NCBI GenBank assembly: GCA_965656545.1
Contig: CBFHKZ010000003.1
Coordinates: 114,580 to 178,579 of the forward strand
Direction of reading: 5' to 3'
DNA: 64,000 nt
From: Flavobacteriaceae bacterium
GTDB taxonomy: Bacteria; Bacteroidota; Bacteroidia; Flavobacteriales; Flavobacteriaceae
The notes under the pieces are model-generated. The model had not been told where the DNA came from, did no database searches, and saw only the letters and a program-made list of their open reading frames with translations. Shown in pieces: positions 47,609 through 56,813 of this stretch; the first letter of the stretch is position 1, and every line of letters starts with the position of its first letter. The translations under genes and the position numbers were made by a program.

Positions 47609-48028
47609 ATGGCTAGAATAATGGCAATAGATTATGGAACAAAACGCTGCGGCATCGCTGTTACAGATCCGTTACAGACCTGTGCTTTTGGCTTAGATAC
47701 TGTTTCGCCAAATGACTTGTTACCATTTCTGAAAAATTACACCAGCCAAGAGGAGGTGACACACATTGTTGTCGGCGCACCCAAACAGCGGGATAACACC
47801 CCTTCAGCAGTAGAAATTAAAATAACACCCTTCGTTGCCCAATTAAAAACGCAGCTTCCTGAAATAGATGTTGTGCGTTATGACGAAAGATTTACTTCCA
47901 AAATGGCAAAACAGTCGCTTTTGATGAGTGGTGCTCCAAAAAAAGTGCGTCAAAAAAAAGAAGTTATTGATAAATTGAGCGCAACACTTATCTTGCAGGG
48001 GTATTTAGATCAACAGCAAAACGTATGA
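47609..48028 (+). CDS. ruvX: Holliday junction resolvase-like nuclease RuvX (YqgF)
   Basis: 139 aa. IMAIDYGTKRCGIAV and YDERFTS motifs. Confidence 0.9.
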   Translation: MARIMAIDYGTKRCGIAVTDPLQTCAFGLDTVSPNDLLPFLKNYTSQEEVTHIVVGAPKQRDNTPSAVEIKITPFVAQLKTQLPEIDVVRYDERFTSKMAKQSLLMSGAPKKVRQKKEVIDKLSATLILQGYLDQQQNV

Positions 48029-48615
48029 TACTTCCCATTGTAGCCTATGGCGATCCTGTATTAAAGAAGAAAGCCGTTAACGTAGAAAAACACCATCTAA
48101 AACTTAAAGAACTCATCAGCGATATGTGGGAAACCATGTATGCCGCTTATGGCGTGGGTCTTGCAGCTCCTCAAATAGGGGAGTCGCTTCGTTTGTTTAT
48201 CGTTGATGGCAGTCCGTTTGCACAAGACAAAACTCTTGATCACGTCGAGCAACAAGAGCTAAAGGCATTTAAAAAAGTATTTATCAATCCCGAGATCATT
48301 TCATACAGCGGACTAAAAGAATCGTTTAACGAGGGATGTCTTAGCATTCCCGATGTCAGAGAAGATGTCACCCGACTCTCTACAATTGAAATTGTGTATT
48401 ACAACGAGCAATTTGAGAAAGTAGAAGAAGAAATAAGTGGCTTGGCAGCTCGCATCGTACAGCACGAATTTGATCACATAGAAGGTATTTTGTTTACAGA
48501 TAAATTGGGGCCACTTAAAAAGAAATTGCTCAAACCCAAACTCGCACAAATATCACGCGGCAATATAAATCCAGACTACCTTATGCGATTTCCTGGCAAA
48601 ACCAGCATTCGATAA
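48025..48615 (+). CDS. def: peptide deformylase
   Basis: 196 aa. GVGLAAPQIG, EGCLSIP and QHEFDH motifs. Confidence 0.95.
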   Translation: MILPIVAYGDPVLKKKAVNVEKHHLKLKELISDMWETMYAAYGVGLAAPQIGESLRLFIVDGSPFAQDKTLDHVEQQELKAFKKVFINPEIISYSGLKESFNEGCLSIPDVREDVTRLSTIEIVYYNEQFEKVEEEISGLAARIVQHEFDHIEGILFTDKLGPLKKKLLKPKLAQISRGNINPDYLMRFPGKTSIR

Positions 48616-49397
48616 TGGACAGCAAACGCACCAAACAGCTTAAGGCATTTGATCGTTTGTTGACCATTATGGACGAGTTGCGCACCAATTGTCCTTGGGA
48701 CAAAAAGCAAACTTTTGCTTCGTTACGTCACCTAACCATTGAAGAAACCTATGAGCTTAGTGAGGCGTTATTGTCGGGCGACTTGGATGAGGTCAAACAT
48801 GAGTTAGGAGACCTGTTGTTGCATATTGTTTTTTACGCTAAAATTGGAAGTGAACAAAAGGCTTTTGATATTGCTGATGTGGCAAATGCCATCTCTGAAA
48901 AACTTATCGATAGGCATCCACACATCTACGGAGACGTAGAAGTCAAAGACGAGGCAGATGTGAAAAAGAATTGGGAAAAACTCAAGCTCAAGGAAGGAAA
49001 CAAAGGCGTTTTGTCGGGGGTTCCTAAAAGCCTACCCAGCATGGTTATGGCCAGTCGTATGCAAGACAAAGCTGCAGGCATTGGTTTTGATTGGAAAACT
49101 ATTGATGGGGTAAAAGATAAAATCCAAGAGGAATTGAGTGAATTGGACCATGAAATTAATCATGGCACAAAAGAAAAAATCACAGACGAACTGGGGGATG
49201 TGTTTTTTTCGCTCGTTAATTATGCGCGTTTTTTGAAGATCAATCCCGACGATGCACTCTCATCAACAAATAGACGTTTTCGCAGCCGCTTTGAAGCCAT
49301 GGAAAAAATGGCTAAACAGCAGGGGAAGGCGCTTGACAGCCTAACAACAGATCAATGGGAACAGCTTTGGCAAGCAGCCAAAAAGGAGCAGAGCTAG
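48615..49397 (+). CDS. mazG: nucleoside triphosphate pyrophosphohydrolase MazG
   Basis: 260 aa. Tandem MazG domains (EETYEL..ELGDLLL and ELGDVFF). Confidence 0.92.
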   Translation: MDSKRTKQLKAFDRLLTIMDELRTNCPWDKKQTFASLRHLTIEETYELSEALLSGDLDEVKHELGDLLLHIVFYAKIGSEQKAFDIADVANAISEKLIDRHPHIYGDVEVKDEADVKKNWEKLKLKEGNKGVLSGVPKSLPSMVMASRMQDKAAGIGFDWKTIDGVKDKIQEELSELDHEINHGTKEKITDELGDVFFSLVNYARFLKINPDDALSSTNRRFRSRFEAMEKMAKQQGKALDSLTTDQWEQLWQAAKKEQS

Positions 49398-51463
49398 CCT
49401 TTGTTTAACGATTTCACCAAGCGTTTCTTTTCTTCCAACCCGTCTAAGCGTTTTTGATGCTGGGCGATGTCTTCGTGAACCTTTATGACAATAGGATTCT
49501 TGTCTTGGTTTTTTCCAAAAAACTGTAAGTTGGTTTCCAGTTGGATGATTTCCTGTTTTATTTCACCAATGCGGCGGTTTAGGGATTGCACTTCCTTGCG
49601 TATGCTGTCATCATCTTCTTTGATGTTATCCAGTTTGTTCTGGTAACTTTTCTGTGTGATATCCGAAGATGAAAGACCAATGGTTTTATACGCTTTGTCA
49701 ACCAAGGTTAAAAAGTCTTGATTTATACCCATTTTATTTCTTGGGATATAGCCAATAGCATTCCATTGTGAAACCATGCTGTCAATGTCTTTTTCATTGG
49801 GCTTGTCATCCGATGCAATCATTTCTTTCAGCGATGTTAGCAGTGTCATTTTCTCTTGGAGGTTTTCTTTCTGCTTTTCGTTTTGCTGATTGCGATTGGC
49901 GTCTTTGTTTTCAAAATACGCATTACACAAGGCTCTAAACTGCTCATTAAGCTTAATGAAGTCTTCTTTTCTCACGGGACCAGCCACTTTCCATTCCTTT
50001 TGTAGAGCGATGATTTTTGGCGTTGTTTCTTTGTGATTGGTTTGATCTTTCAAGATTTCGGCTTGTTCAATAAGTGCTTTGCGCTTGGTTACATTAACCT
50101 CATACGCTTTCTTTAGCGACTTATAGAAGCGGTTTCTTTTTTTGCTAAACTGGTTTGATGTTCTTTTAAAAGCTGACCAAAGATCATTGCGTTGTTTCTC
50201 GGGCACCTTGCCAATGGCAAAGAAGGCTTCTCGAAGTCCGTCATAGGTTTTTGAGAAATTATTGATATTGGTTTTGGCATCAAATTCTTTGGCTAATAAT
50301 TCTTCCATTTGAGAAAGGATAGCTCTTTTCTTGACAAGATTTTCCTCAAAAATATCTTCCTGATTCTTGATAAAATACCTTCGCTTGTCATGAACAATTT
50401 TCGTGGCCTCACTGAATCTTTGCCAAACCTCTTCGCTGTGTTCTTTGTCCACAGGTCCAAGTTCATCTTTCCATTTTTTGTGTAGTGTTTGCAGGTGACG
50501 AAAAGCCTTTGGAATATCTTCCATACTTGCCAATGCCTCTGCTTGTTCACAAATTTTTAGTTTTTGTTCTAAGTTAAACTTGAAGTCCAACTCACGTAGT
50601 TCTCTGTTTAGATGTAAGAAATCATAAAAATGCCCCACGTGGTGATGGTATGTTTTCCAAACATTGTTGGCTTCCATTCTTGGCACTTGCCCTGTTTCTT
50701 TCCAGCGCCTTTGTAAATCTTTGAATTGCTTGTAGGTGGCGTTTATGTCTTGATTAACATTTATAAGCCCTTTTAATTCTTCTATAAGGGCCAGTCTCTG
50801 CTCAAGGCTTTTGTGCTGTTTTTCTTCAACGCTTCTGTAGTATGTACCTCTGTCGGATTTGTACCTACGAACAAGACTGTTGAAATCTTTTAGTACAGGT
50901 GGATTGAAATAAAACGCATCTGGATTGCCTCCTTCGTCTATAAAAGTTTGTCTTTGGGAAGCCTTGAGGGTGGCCATTTCTTTTTCAAAGGCCTTGGTCA
51001 AAGCGTCTACTGTTCCTTTTAGACTTTGTATGGGTTTATTGCTCAAAGCTTCGGAGAAGTACGCCAGCATTTCCTTTGGATCCATGCCGTCGAACTTCTG
51101 CACCTTGCTTTCCGCCTCAGCTGTATCATCAACATCCGATGCTTCTGCTGCTCCTTCAGTTGCAACATCTTCATCCGTTGCTTCTGCTGCTTTTTCCGTT
51201 TCGTCAGCATCATCCACTGCTTCGGCTGACGCTTCAGTAGTCTCAACTGCCTCCTTAGTAGCTTCAACTGTTTCTTCTTGCTGCTTTTCGGGCGTAGGTC
51301 CGTCCTTTTCGGCTTGTTTCCCTGTTACCGCTTCAACACTTGGTTCACTTGGTGTTTCAGCGGTTTCCTCTTCTTTTTTGATATTGGGGATAGAAGCTTC
51401 TTCACTTACGTTTTCGTCGTTTGCCTTTGGCAAATCGTTGTCGGTTTTGTCCAACATAGTCAT
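49394..51463 (-). CDS. DUF349 domain-containing protein
   Basis: 689 aa. An acidic low-complexity N-terminus is followed by repeated ..W..F..W..(G)PV helical DUF349 units. Confidence 0.8.
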   Translation of the reverse strand: MTMLDKTDNDLPKANDENVSEEASIPNIKKEEETAETPSEPSVEAVTGKQAEKDGPTPEKQQEETVEATKEAVETTEASAEAVDDADETEKAAEATDEDVATEGAAEASDVDDTAEAESKVQKFDGMDPKEMLAYFSEALSNKPIQSLKGTVDALTKAFEKEMATLKASQRQTFIDEGGNPDAFYFNPPVLKDFNSLVRRYKSDRGTYYRSVEEKQHKSLEQRLALIEELKGLINVNQDINATYKQFKDLQRRWKETGQVPRMEANNVWKTYHHHVGHFYDFLHLNRELRELDFKFNLEQKLKICEQAEALASMEDIPKAFRHLQTLHKKWKDELGPVDKEHSEEVWQRFSEATKIVHDKRRYFIKNQEDIFEENLVKKRAILSQMEELLAKEFDAKTNINNFSKTYDGLREAFFAIGKVPEKQRNDLWSAFKRTSNQFSKKRNRFYKSLKKAYEVNVTKRKALIEQAEILKDQTNHKETTPKIIALQKEWKVAGPVRKEDFIKLNEQFRALCNAYFENKDANRNQQNEKQKENLQEKMTLLTSLKEMIASDDKPNEKDIDSMVSQWNAIGYIPRNKMGINQDFLTLVDKAYKTIGLSSSDITQKSYQNKLDNIKEDDDSIRKEVQSLNRRIGEIKQEIIQLETNLQFFGKNQDKNPIVIKVHEDIAQHQKRLDGLEEKKRLVKSLNKG

Positions 51464-51513
51464 GATTTAAATCAATTCGAATATACAATTTATAGTATAC
51501 CACTCAAAAAAAA

Positions 51514-52260
51514 TCACATATTCCACAAGCGCCATGAGGCTTCTGCTTGTCCAACGAGCATATTTTCGCCATTTCCAACCCTAGTGCCAGCTTTTTTACC
51601 CGCTTTCATAAAGGCTGTTTCTGAAGGATTGTAAATTAAATCAAACAGTACATGTGCACTTGTTAGTTGATCGTAATTGAGATTTGGTTTTTGAAGTATG
51701 TTTGGATGGGTTCCCAATGGCGTGCAGTTCACAATTAACTTGTGCTTTTCCATGACCTTTGCTGTTAATTCTTCATAGGTCAGGTTATTGGCCCCTTTTT
51801 TTCTTGAAACATATTGGGTCTCAATTCCCATTTTGTGCAAAGCATAAACCACTGCCTTAGATGCACCACCAGTACCTAGCACCAATGCTGCTTTAATTTC
51901 AGCCGTAATCATGGGCGCAATGCTCTTTTGAAAACCGATATAATCCGTGTTATACCCCGTTGTGGTTCCGTCTTTGTTGAACACAATGGTGTTCACCGCA
52001 CCAATGGCTTTTGAAACTTCATCTAGATTGTCAAGAAAGGGCATCACTTCTTGTTTGTATGGAATGGTAACGTTCATCCCTTTGAGGTGGGGTGTTTGTA
52101 GAACCCTTTTAAAATCGGATAAATCGGCCAGATCAAAATTTTCATAGGAACAATGATGAAGCTTCTCTTTTTGAAATTTTTCAGCAAAATATGCCCTCGA
52201 AAAGGAATAGTCTATATCCTTGCCTAAAAGCCCAAAACGCAACTTATTTTTTTCGCTCAT
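51514..52260 (-). CDS. aroE: shikimate dehydrogenase
   Basis: MSEKNKLRFGLLGKDIDYSFS start. NVTIPYK, NTDYIGF and LGTGGASKAV motifs. It overlaps the upstream gene's 3' end by 17 nt. Confidence 0.9.
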   Translation of the reverse strand: MSEKNKLRFGLLGKDIDYSFSRAYFAEKFQKEKLHHCSYENFDLADLSDFKRVLQTPHLKGMNVTIPYKQEVMPFLDNLDEVSKAIGAVNTIVFNKDGTTTGYNTDYIGFQKSIAPMITAEIKAALVLGTGGASKAVVYALHKMGIETQYVSRKKGANNLTYEELTAKVMEKHKLIVNCTPLGTHPNILQKPNLNYDQLTSAHVLFDLIYNPSETAFMKAGKKAGTRVGNGENMLVGQAEASWRLWNM

Positions 52261-53170
52261 AATAATCAAGTGCAAACACAATAATTAATCCCACGGCACC
52301 CCAAATAACAGCCCATGTAGTGTCTGTTATGCTGTTTGTTTGTGCAAAATTAGCAATTCTATTTGGAGGCCAAAGAATAAATAGCGACCCAAAAACAAAT
52401 CCAATCAATACGGCTTGTAATTCATCCTTAGCACGCTGCTGTATTTTGTGAATCAATGCTGAAAGGCTGCTGATACCTATTAAAGATCCGGTGAGAAATA
52501 CAGCAAACATAAGGGCGTAAGTCTCGTCTTGTGGGAGTAGCTCAATAGTGCTAAAAGGGCTTATGATGTATCTGCCCAAGGCATTTACACTGTCCACCAA
52601 CAACAGCGAATAATTGCCCATTAGGATAAGTAAAAACGACCCTGACAAGCCCGGTAAGGTCATGCCTATGATGCTCAGATATCCACACAAGAAAATATAG
52701 AGCAGGTTGGTGTTTTCATCAGATGGAGATAAGACGCTTAGACCTACACCAACGGCAAGTCCGATAATGCCAAGCAGCATATTTTTTTTATTCCAATTGT
52801 TAAAGTCTCGATATAAGATTAGCGCAGATGCCAAAACCAAACCAAAGAACAGTGCCCACACATTTAACGGATAGGCTGTCAGCGCTGCGTCTAACAAGAG
52901 GGATAAGGTGAAATAACTCAATATAACCCCAACGAATAAGGCTATTAAAAAAGCGCCATTAACATACTGCCAAAAAGCGCTAAAACGCCCTCTAAACAAG
53001 AGCGAAACTGCCTTAAAGTTTAGGCGTTGAAAGGAAAAAATAAGCTCTTCATAAAATCCTGTTACTACGGCAACGATACCGCCAGAAACGCCTGGTATTT
53101 TATTGGCAATACCCATAGCAATCCCTTTGAGGATTAATAAGCTGTAATCTGATAATGATCGGTTAGCCAT
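52244..53170 (-). CDS. DUF368 family membrane protein (paralog 1)
   Basis: 308 aa. KGIAMGIANKIPGVSGGIVA and a second PGLSGSFLLILMG repeat. Confidence 0.8.
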   Translation of the reverse strand: MANRSLSDYSLLILKGIAMGIANKIPGVSGGIVAVVTGFYEELIFSFQRLNFKAVSLLFRGRFSAFWQYVNGAFLIALFVGVILSYFTLSLLLDAALTAYPLNVWALFFGLVLASALILYRDFNNWNKKNMLLGIIGLAVGVGLSVLSPSDENTNLLYIFLCGYLSIIGMTLPGLSGSFLLILMGNYSLLLVDSVNALGRYIISPFSTIELLPQDETYALMFAVFLTGSLIGISSLSALIHKIQQRAKDELQAVLIGFVFGSLFILWPPNRIANFAQTNSITDTTWAVIWGAVGLIIVFALDYYERKK

Positions 53171-54104
53171 GGCTTTTAGTGCTAAATTTTTCTAAAAAGT
53201 ACAACAAACATAATGCCGCTATAAAGGCGACAAAGGCCAACAATGCTTGTGCATCGGGATTAGACAATTCAGGCAAAACAACTGCTGTTGTAAGCGGTTC
53301 TGCCAAGCCATCGCTGTTGGTGTAGTAAGAAGTGACTTTTTTCCAAGGCCACACCTTGTATAATGAGCCCAGTAAAAAGCCAGTCATTGCAGCCAAAACA
53401 ATGTTTTTGTGTTGGGTAAAAAGCCAACGCAGTATTTTTGCAAAGGCTTTTAGGCCCACCAAGCCACCTGCAGCCATTACTAAAAAAACCACCAAACCTT
53501 CCAGCTCAAAATTCTTTAGTTTATCCAGTGCGTTAAGAGCTGTTTCATAGGCCCCTAGTAGTATTAGAATAAAAGCGCCTGAAATACCGGGAAGTATCAT
53601 GGCTATAACCACAAGCACACCACATAAAAAAAGGTATAGCAGACTCTCTGAGCCTGTATTGGGTGTAATTAGACCTATTCCGAAAGCAACAAAAAAGCCT
53701 ATTACCATCGAAACTAAAGCAGTAATATTCCATTTGGTTACGCTGTTTTTTAAGACAAAAGCACTTGCTAAGATCAGTCCAAAGAAAAAGGCCCATAGTG
53801 GTATGGGATAGGTTGCGAGCAACCATGAGACCCCACTGCTTACAAGCAATATACTTGTGCCAATACCGAGAACAAGTGTTAATAAAAACGAACCATCAAG
53901 AGATTGCCAAGCCGCTTTTCTGTTGCGCCCAAAGAGTTGAAGGACAAGGGTTAGTGAAACATTGTCAATGGCTTTTATAAGTCTTTCATAGATATGGGTG
54001 ATTAAGGCAATGGTACCACCCGAAACTCCAGGAACCACATCGGCGGCGCCCATGGCCAAACCTTTAAGATAGACTACAATATGTTCTTGCACGGATTGCT
54101 TCAT
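53163..54104 (-). CDS. DUF368 family membrane protein (paralog 2)
   Basis: KGLAMGAADVVPGVSGGTIA and PGISGAFILILLG. Start set at the ATG at 54104. Confidence 0.8.
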   Translation of the reverse strand: MKQSVQEHIVVYLKGLAMGAADVVPGVSGGTIALITHIYERLIKAIDNVSLTLVLQLFGRNRKAAWQSLDGSFLLTLVLGIGTSILLVSSGVSWLLATYPIPLWAFFFGLILASAFVLKNSVTKWNITALVSMVIGFFVAFGIGLITPNTGSESLLYLFLCGVLVVIAMILPGISGAFILILLGAYETALNALDKLKNFELEGLVVFLVMAAGGLVGLKAFAKILRWLFTQHKNIVLAAMTGFLLGSLYKVWPWKKVTSYYTNSDGLAEPLTTAVVLPELSNPDAQALLAFVAFIAALCLLYFLEKFSTKSHG

Positions 54105-54153
54105 TAGGCTAGTGTGTTGGAATGTAAAATTACGCAATCAAGCGTAAAGCGTA

Positions 54154-55539
54154 CTATGAAATTGATAAGGTGTCTTTCACCAAGACGGAAGCCCTTGAAG
54201 CTGGGAAGGTTTCATATAAAACATCCAGCTCATTTGGATTGATGGCATAGGCGTTTTTAAGAAAGAATGACGCTTCATTTGCCTTTGCTTCCATCATATA
54301 AAAACCAGCCAGCATGTAGTTTAGGGAACTGTTTTCGGGATGGAACTCCAAGCCTTGCCGCAAGGCCTCAATGCCTTTGGTATAGTCTTGCAGTTGTAAT
54401 AAGACACCAGCCCAGTCTAACCAAGTTTGCAGTTCGTAGTTTCCAAGATTCACCAAGCGCTCGTATGCGAGATTTGCTTCCTCAAAGAAGCCCAATGCTT
54501 TATTTGCTTGAGCATACAAACGCCAATATTTCGCATGACCGCTATCAATCTTCACTGCTTTTTTGATGTAGTGCAATACTTTTGCGTAGGATTTTTTACG
54601 CATATAGTGCCCGCATAACGCCAACCAACTTTTGTCTAGAAGTGGGTCTTCGTGAATGGCTTTTTTTAGGAACTTAACGCCTAGCTCGTCGTTTTTTAAC
54701 TTTAAGTGACATGCTCCAATACGCAGCAGTGCAAAAGCTGTTGGGTCATCAATGCTGAGCGTGATCTCGTAGTGATTAATCGCTTCGTTATAACGTCCAA
54801 GTTGTTCCAATGCTTTGCCCAGCTCTAGGTATGCGCCAATAAAGGTGTCGTCGCAAATAACCGCAAAGTCAAAAGCCGTGATGGCCTGCTCATACATTTG
54901 CTTGGCCAAATACTGTCTTCCCAGTTGATGCCATGCTACCTCGTTATATGGGTCTTTGTTTAGAAACGAATTCATATAGGCAATGGCACCATCAGCATCT
55001 TTTAAAGACTCAAAGCAATAAATGATGTTATACAGCGCATGATTATCTGTTACTTCTTCCTCCAGGCATCTAATGAAATACTCTTTTGCCATAAAAAAGG
55101 CGTCTAGATAGAGGTATTCCATGGCTAGCAGCGCATGAAACTCATATTTGGTATCTGTATACATCAGGCCTTTTTTGAGCGATTCGATGGCTTCTTGATG
55201 TTCATTACACTTGGACTGTATTACAGCCAAATGTTGAAAAGCATAAGGGTTAAAAGGCTCAATGGCAATCAGATTGTCCACCAAAATGCGCGCTTCTTCG
55301 TATGAGTTTGTTAGGGTATGGTATTCAATAAGAAGTAAGGTGAGTTCTGTTGCGTCAGGGTGTTGGTTGAGTCCAACCTCGATGGCTTTTTTTGCCATAC
55401 TCAGGTTGGCAGCATCAATATAATACTGCCCAATTTCCTCAAATTCCGACGCATCGAAGAATTGTATTTCGTTTGTTTTGAGCATTGACTCAAATCGCGA
55501 AACGGGAAATTCTGAAAAATCGCCAAATGGGAATTCCAT
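54154..55539 (-). CDS. tetratricopeptide repeat protein
   Basis: 461 aa, with many 34-aa TPR-like units (A..Y..AI......A....LG). Confidence 0.85.
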   Translation of the reverse strand: MEFPFGDFSEFPVSRFESMLKTNEIQFFDASEFEEIGQYYIDAANLSMAKKAIEVGLNQHPDATELTLLLIEYHTLTNSYEEARILVDNLIAIEPFNPYAFQHLAVIQSKCNEHQEAIESLKKGLMYTDTKYEFHALLAMEYLYLDAFFMAKEYFIRCLEEEVTDNHALYNIIYCFESLKDADGAIAYMNSFLNKDPYNEVAWHQLGRQYLAKQMYEQAITAFDFAVICDDTFIGAYLELGKALEQLGRYNEAINHYEITLSIDDPTAFALLRIGACHLKLKNDELGVKFLKKAIHEDPLLDKSWLALCGHYMRKKSYAKVLHYIKKAVKIDSGHAKYWRLYAQANKALGFFEEANLAYERLVNLGNYELQTWLDWAGVLLQLQDYTKGIEALRQGLEFHPENSSLNYMLAGFYMMEAKANEASFFLKNAYAINPNELDVLYETFPASRASVLVKDTLSIS

Positions 55540-55617
55540 AGTTTGTTTATTGATATAAATCTAGAAATTGAAGTTCAGGTTACTGAAGGGTTGTTAACTC
55601 AATTTTCAACAAAGTAA

Positions 55618-56808
55618 TCAACACTCCATTTGATTGAGCACTTTGATGATGGTGCTACACGCTTTTTTAATCTGCTTTTCAGATATGGTCAGGGGTGGAG
55701 AGATACGTACGGCGGTGGGTTCAAATAGAAGAAAAAAGAGCAAAACCCCCTCATTTATACAGCTTTTCACCAATGTTTGTGCAGTTTTTGCGTCGTTCAT
55801 GATGAGCGCAAGCATAAGCCCCTTACCTCTAACCGCTTTGATTTTGGGGTGAACAAGTAAGTCTCTAAATAGCTTTTCTTTCTTACGTGTGTCTTCCATC
55901 AAACTACTCTTAAGAATGGTTTGTAGTGTAGCTCTACAGGCTGCGGCAATAACTGGATTTCCACCAAAAGTAGTAATGTGACCAAGCGAAGGCGCTTCTT
56001 TAAGCTGCGCCATGTGTTTTTGATCTGCGATAAAAGCGCCAACAGGAAGTCCACCCCCAAGCCCTTTTCCGATGACCAAAATATCTGGTGCTGCATCGTG
56101 GTCCATAAAGGCAAATAACTTTCCGGTGCGACCAATTCCCGGTTGGATTTCATCAAGAATAAGCATGGCGCCAACTGCTTCACAGCGTTTTTTGACTTTT
56201 TTCAGATAGCCTTTTTCAGGTAGAATAAAACCAGCACCCCCTTGAATGGTTTCCAGAATAACAGCAGCTGTTTGGTTGGTGATCTTTTCAAGATCATCGT
56301 GATTGTTAAATTCGATAAAACGCGTGCCTGGAATAAGAGGTCTATAGGCGCGCTTACGCAATTCATAGCCCATAACGCTCATCGCCCCCATGGTATTTCC
56401 ATGATAGGCTTTGTTTGCGGCAATTATTTCAGCGCGTCCGGTTACGCGCTTGGCTAATTTTAATGCACCTTCAATAGCCTCAGTTCCTGAATTGGTTAAA
56501 TAGGTAGTGTTTAGGTGTTGTGGTAAATGATCGGCCAGCAACTTAGCAAGTAAGACGGGTTCTTTTTGAACAAACTCCCCGTAGACCATCACGTGAAGGT
56601 ATTTGCCTAATTGTCTTTTGATGGCACGTACAACAGCGGGGTGTCGATGCCCTAAGCTACAAGCAGATACGCCAGCTACCAAATCCAAGTACTTCTTTTT
56701 ATTGTTATCGTATAAATAGCAACCCTTTGCACGAACAATTTCAAGTCCCATTGGGTATGGTGTCGTTTGCGCTTGGAAATCTTTAAATAAGGATGCAAGT
56801 GAAGCCAT
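55618..56808 (-). CDS. class-III PLP-dependent aminotransferase (acetylornithine/ornithine aminotransferase-like)
   Basis: 396 aa. LTNSGTEAIE, LILDEIQPGIGRTGK and the VIGKGLGGG Lys site. Confidence 0.88.
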   Translation of the reverse strand: MASLASLFKDFQAQTTPYPMGLEIVRAKGCYLYDNNKKKYLDLVAGVSACSLGHRHPAVVRAIKRQLGKYLHVMVYGEFVQKEPVLLAKLLADHLPQHLNTTYLTNSGTEAIEGALKLAKRVTGRAEIIAANKAYHGNTMGAMSVMGYELRKRAYRPLIPGTRFIEFNNHDDLEKITNQTAAVILETIQGGAGFILPEKGYLKKVKKRCEAVGAMLILDEIQPGIGRTGKLFAFMDHDAAPDILVIGKGLGGGLPVGAFIADQKHMAQLKEAPSLGHITTFGGNPVIAAACRATLQTILKSSLMEDTRKKEKLFRDLLVHPKIKAVRGKGLMLALIMNDAKTAQTLVKSCINEGVLLFFLLFEPTAVRISPPLTISEKQIKKACSTIIKVLNQMEC

Positions 56809-56813
56809 TGCAA

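Noticed and set aside
50925-51470. 181-aa plus-strand ORF rich in Ser, Ala and Val.
   Set aside because: It is antisense to the acidic low-complexity N-terminus of the DUF349 protein. It is a compositional artefact.
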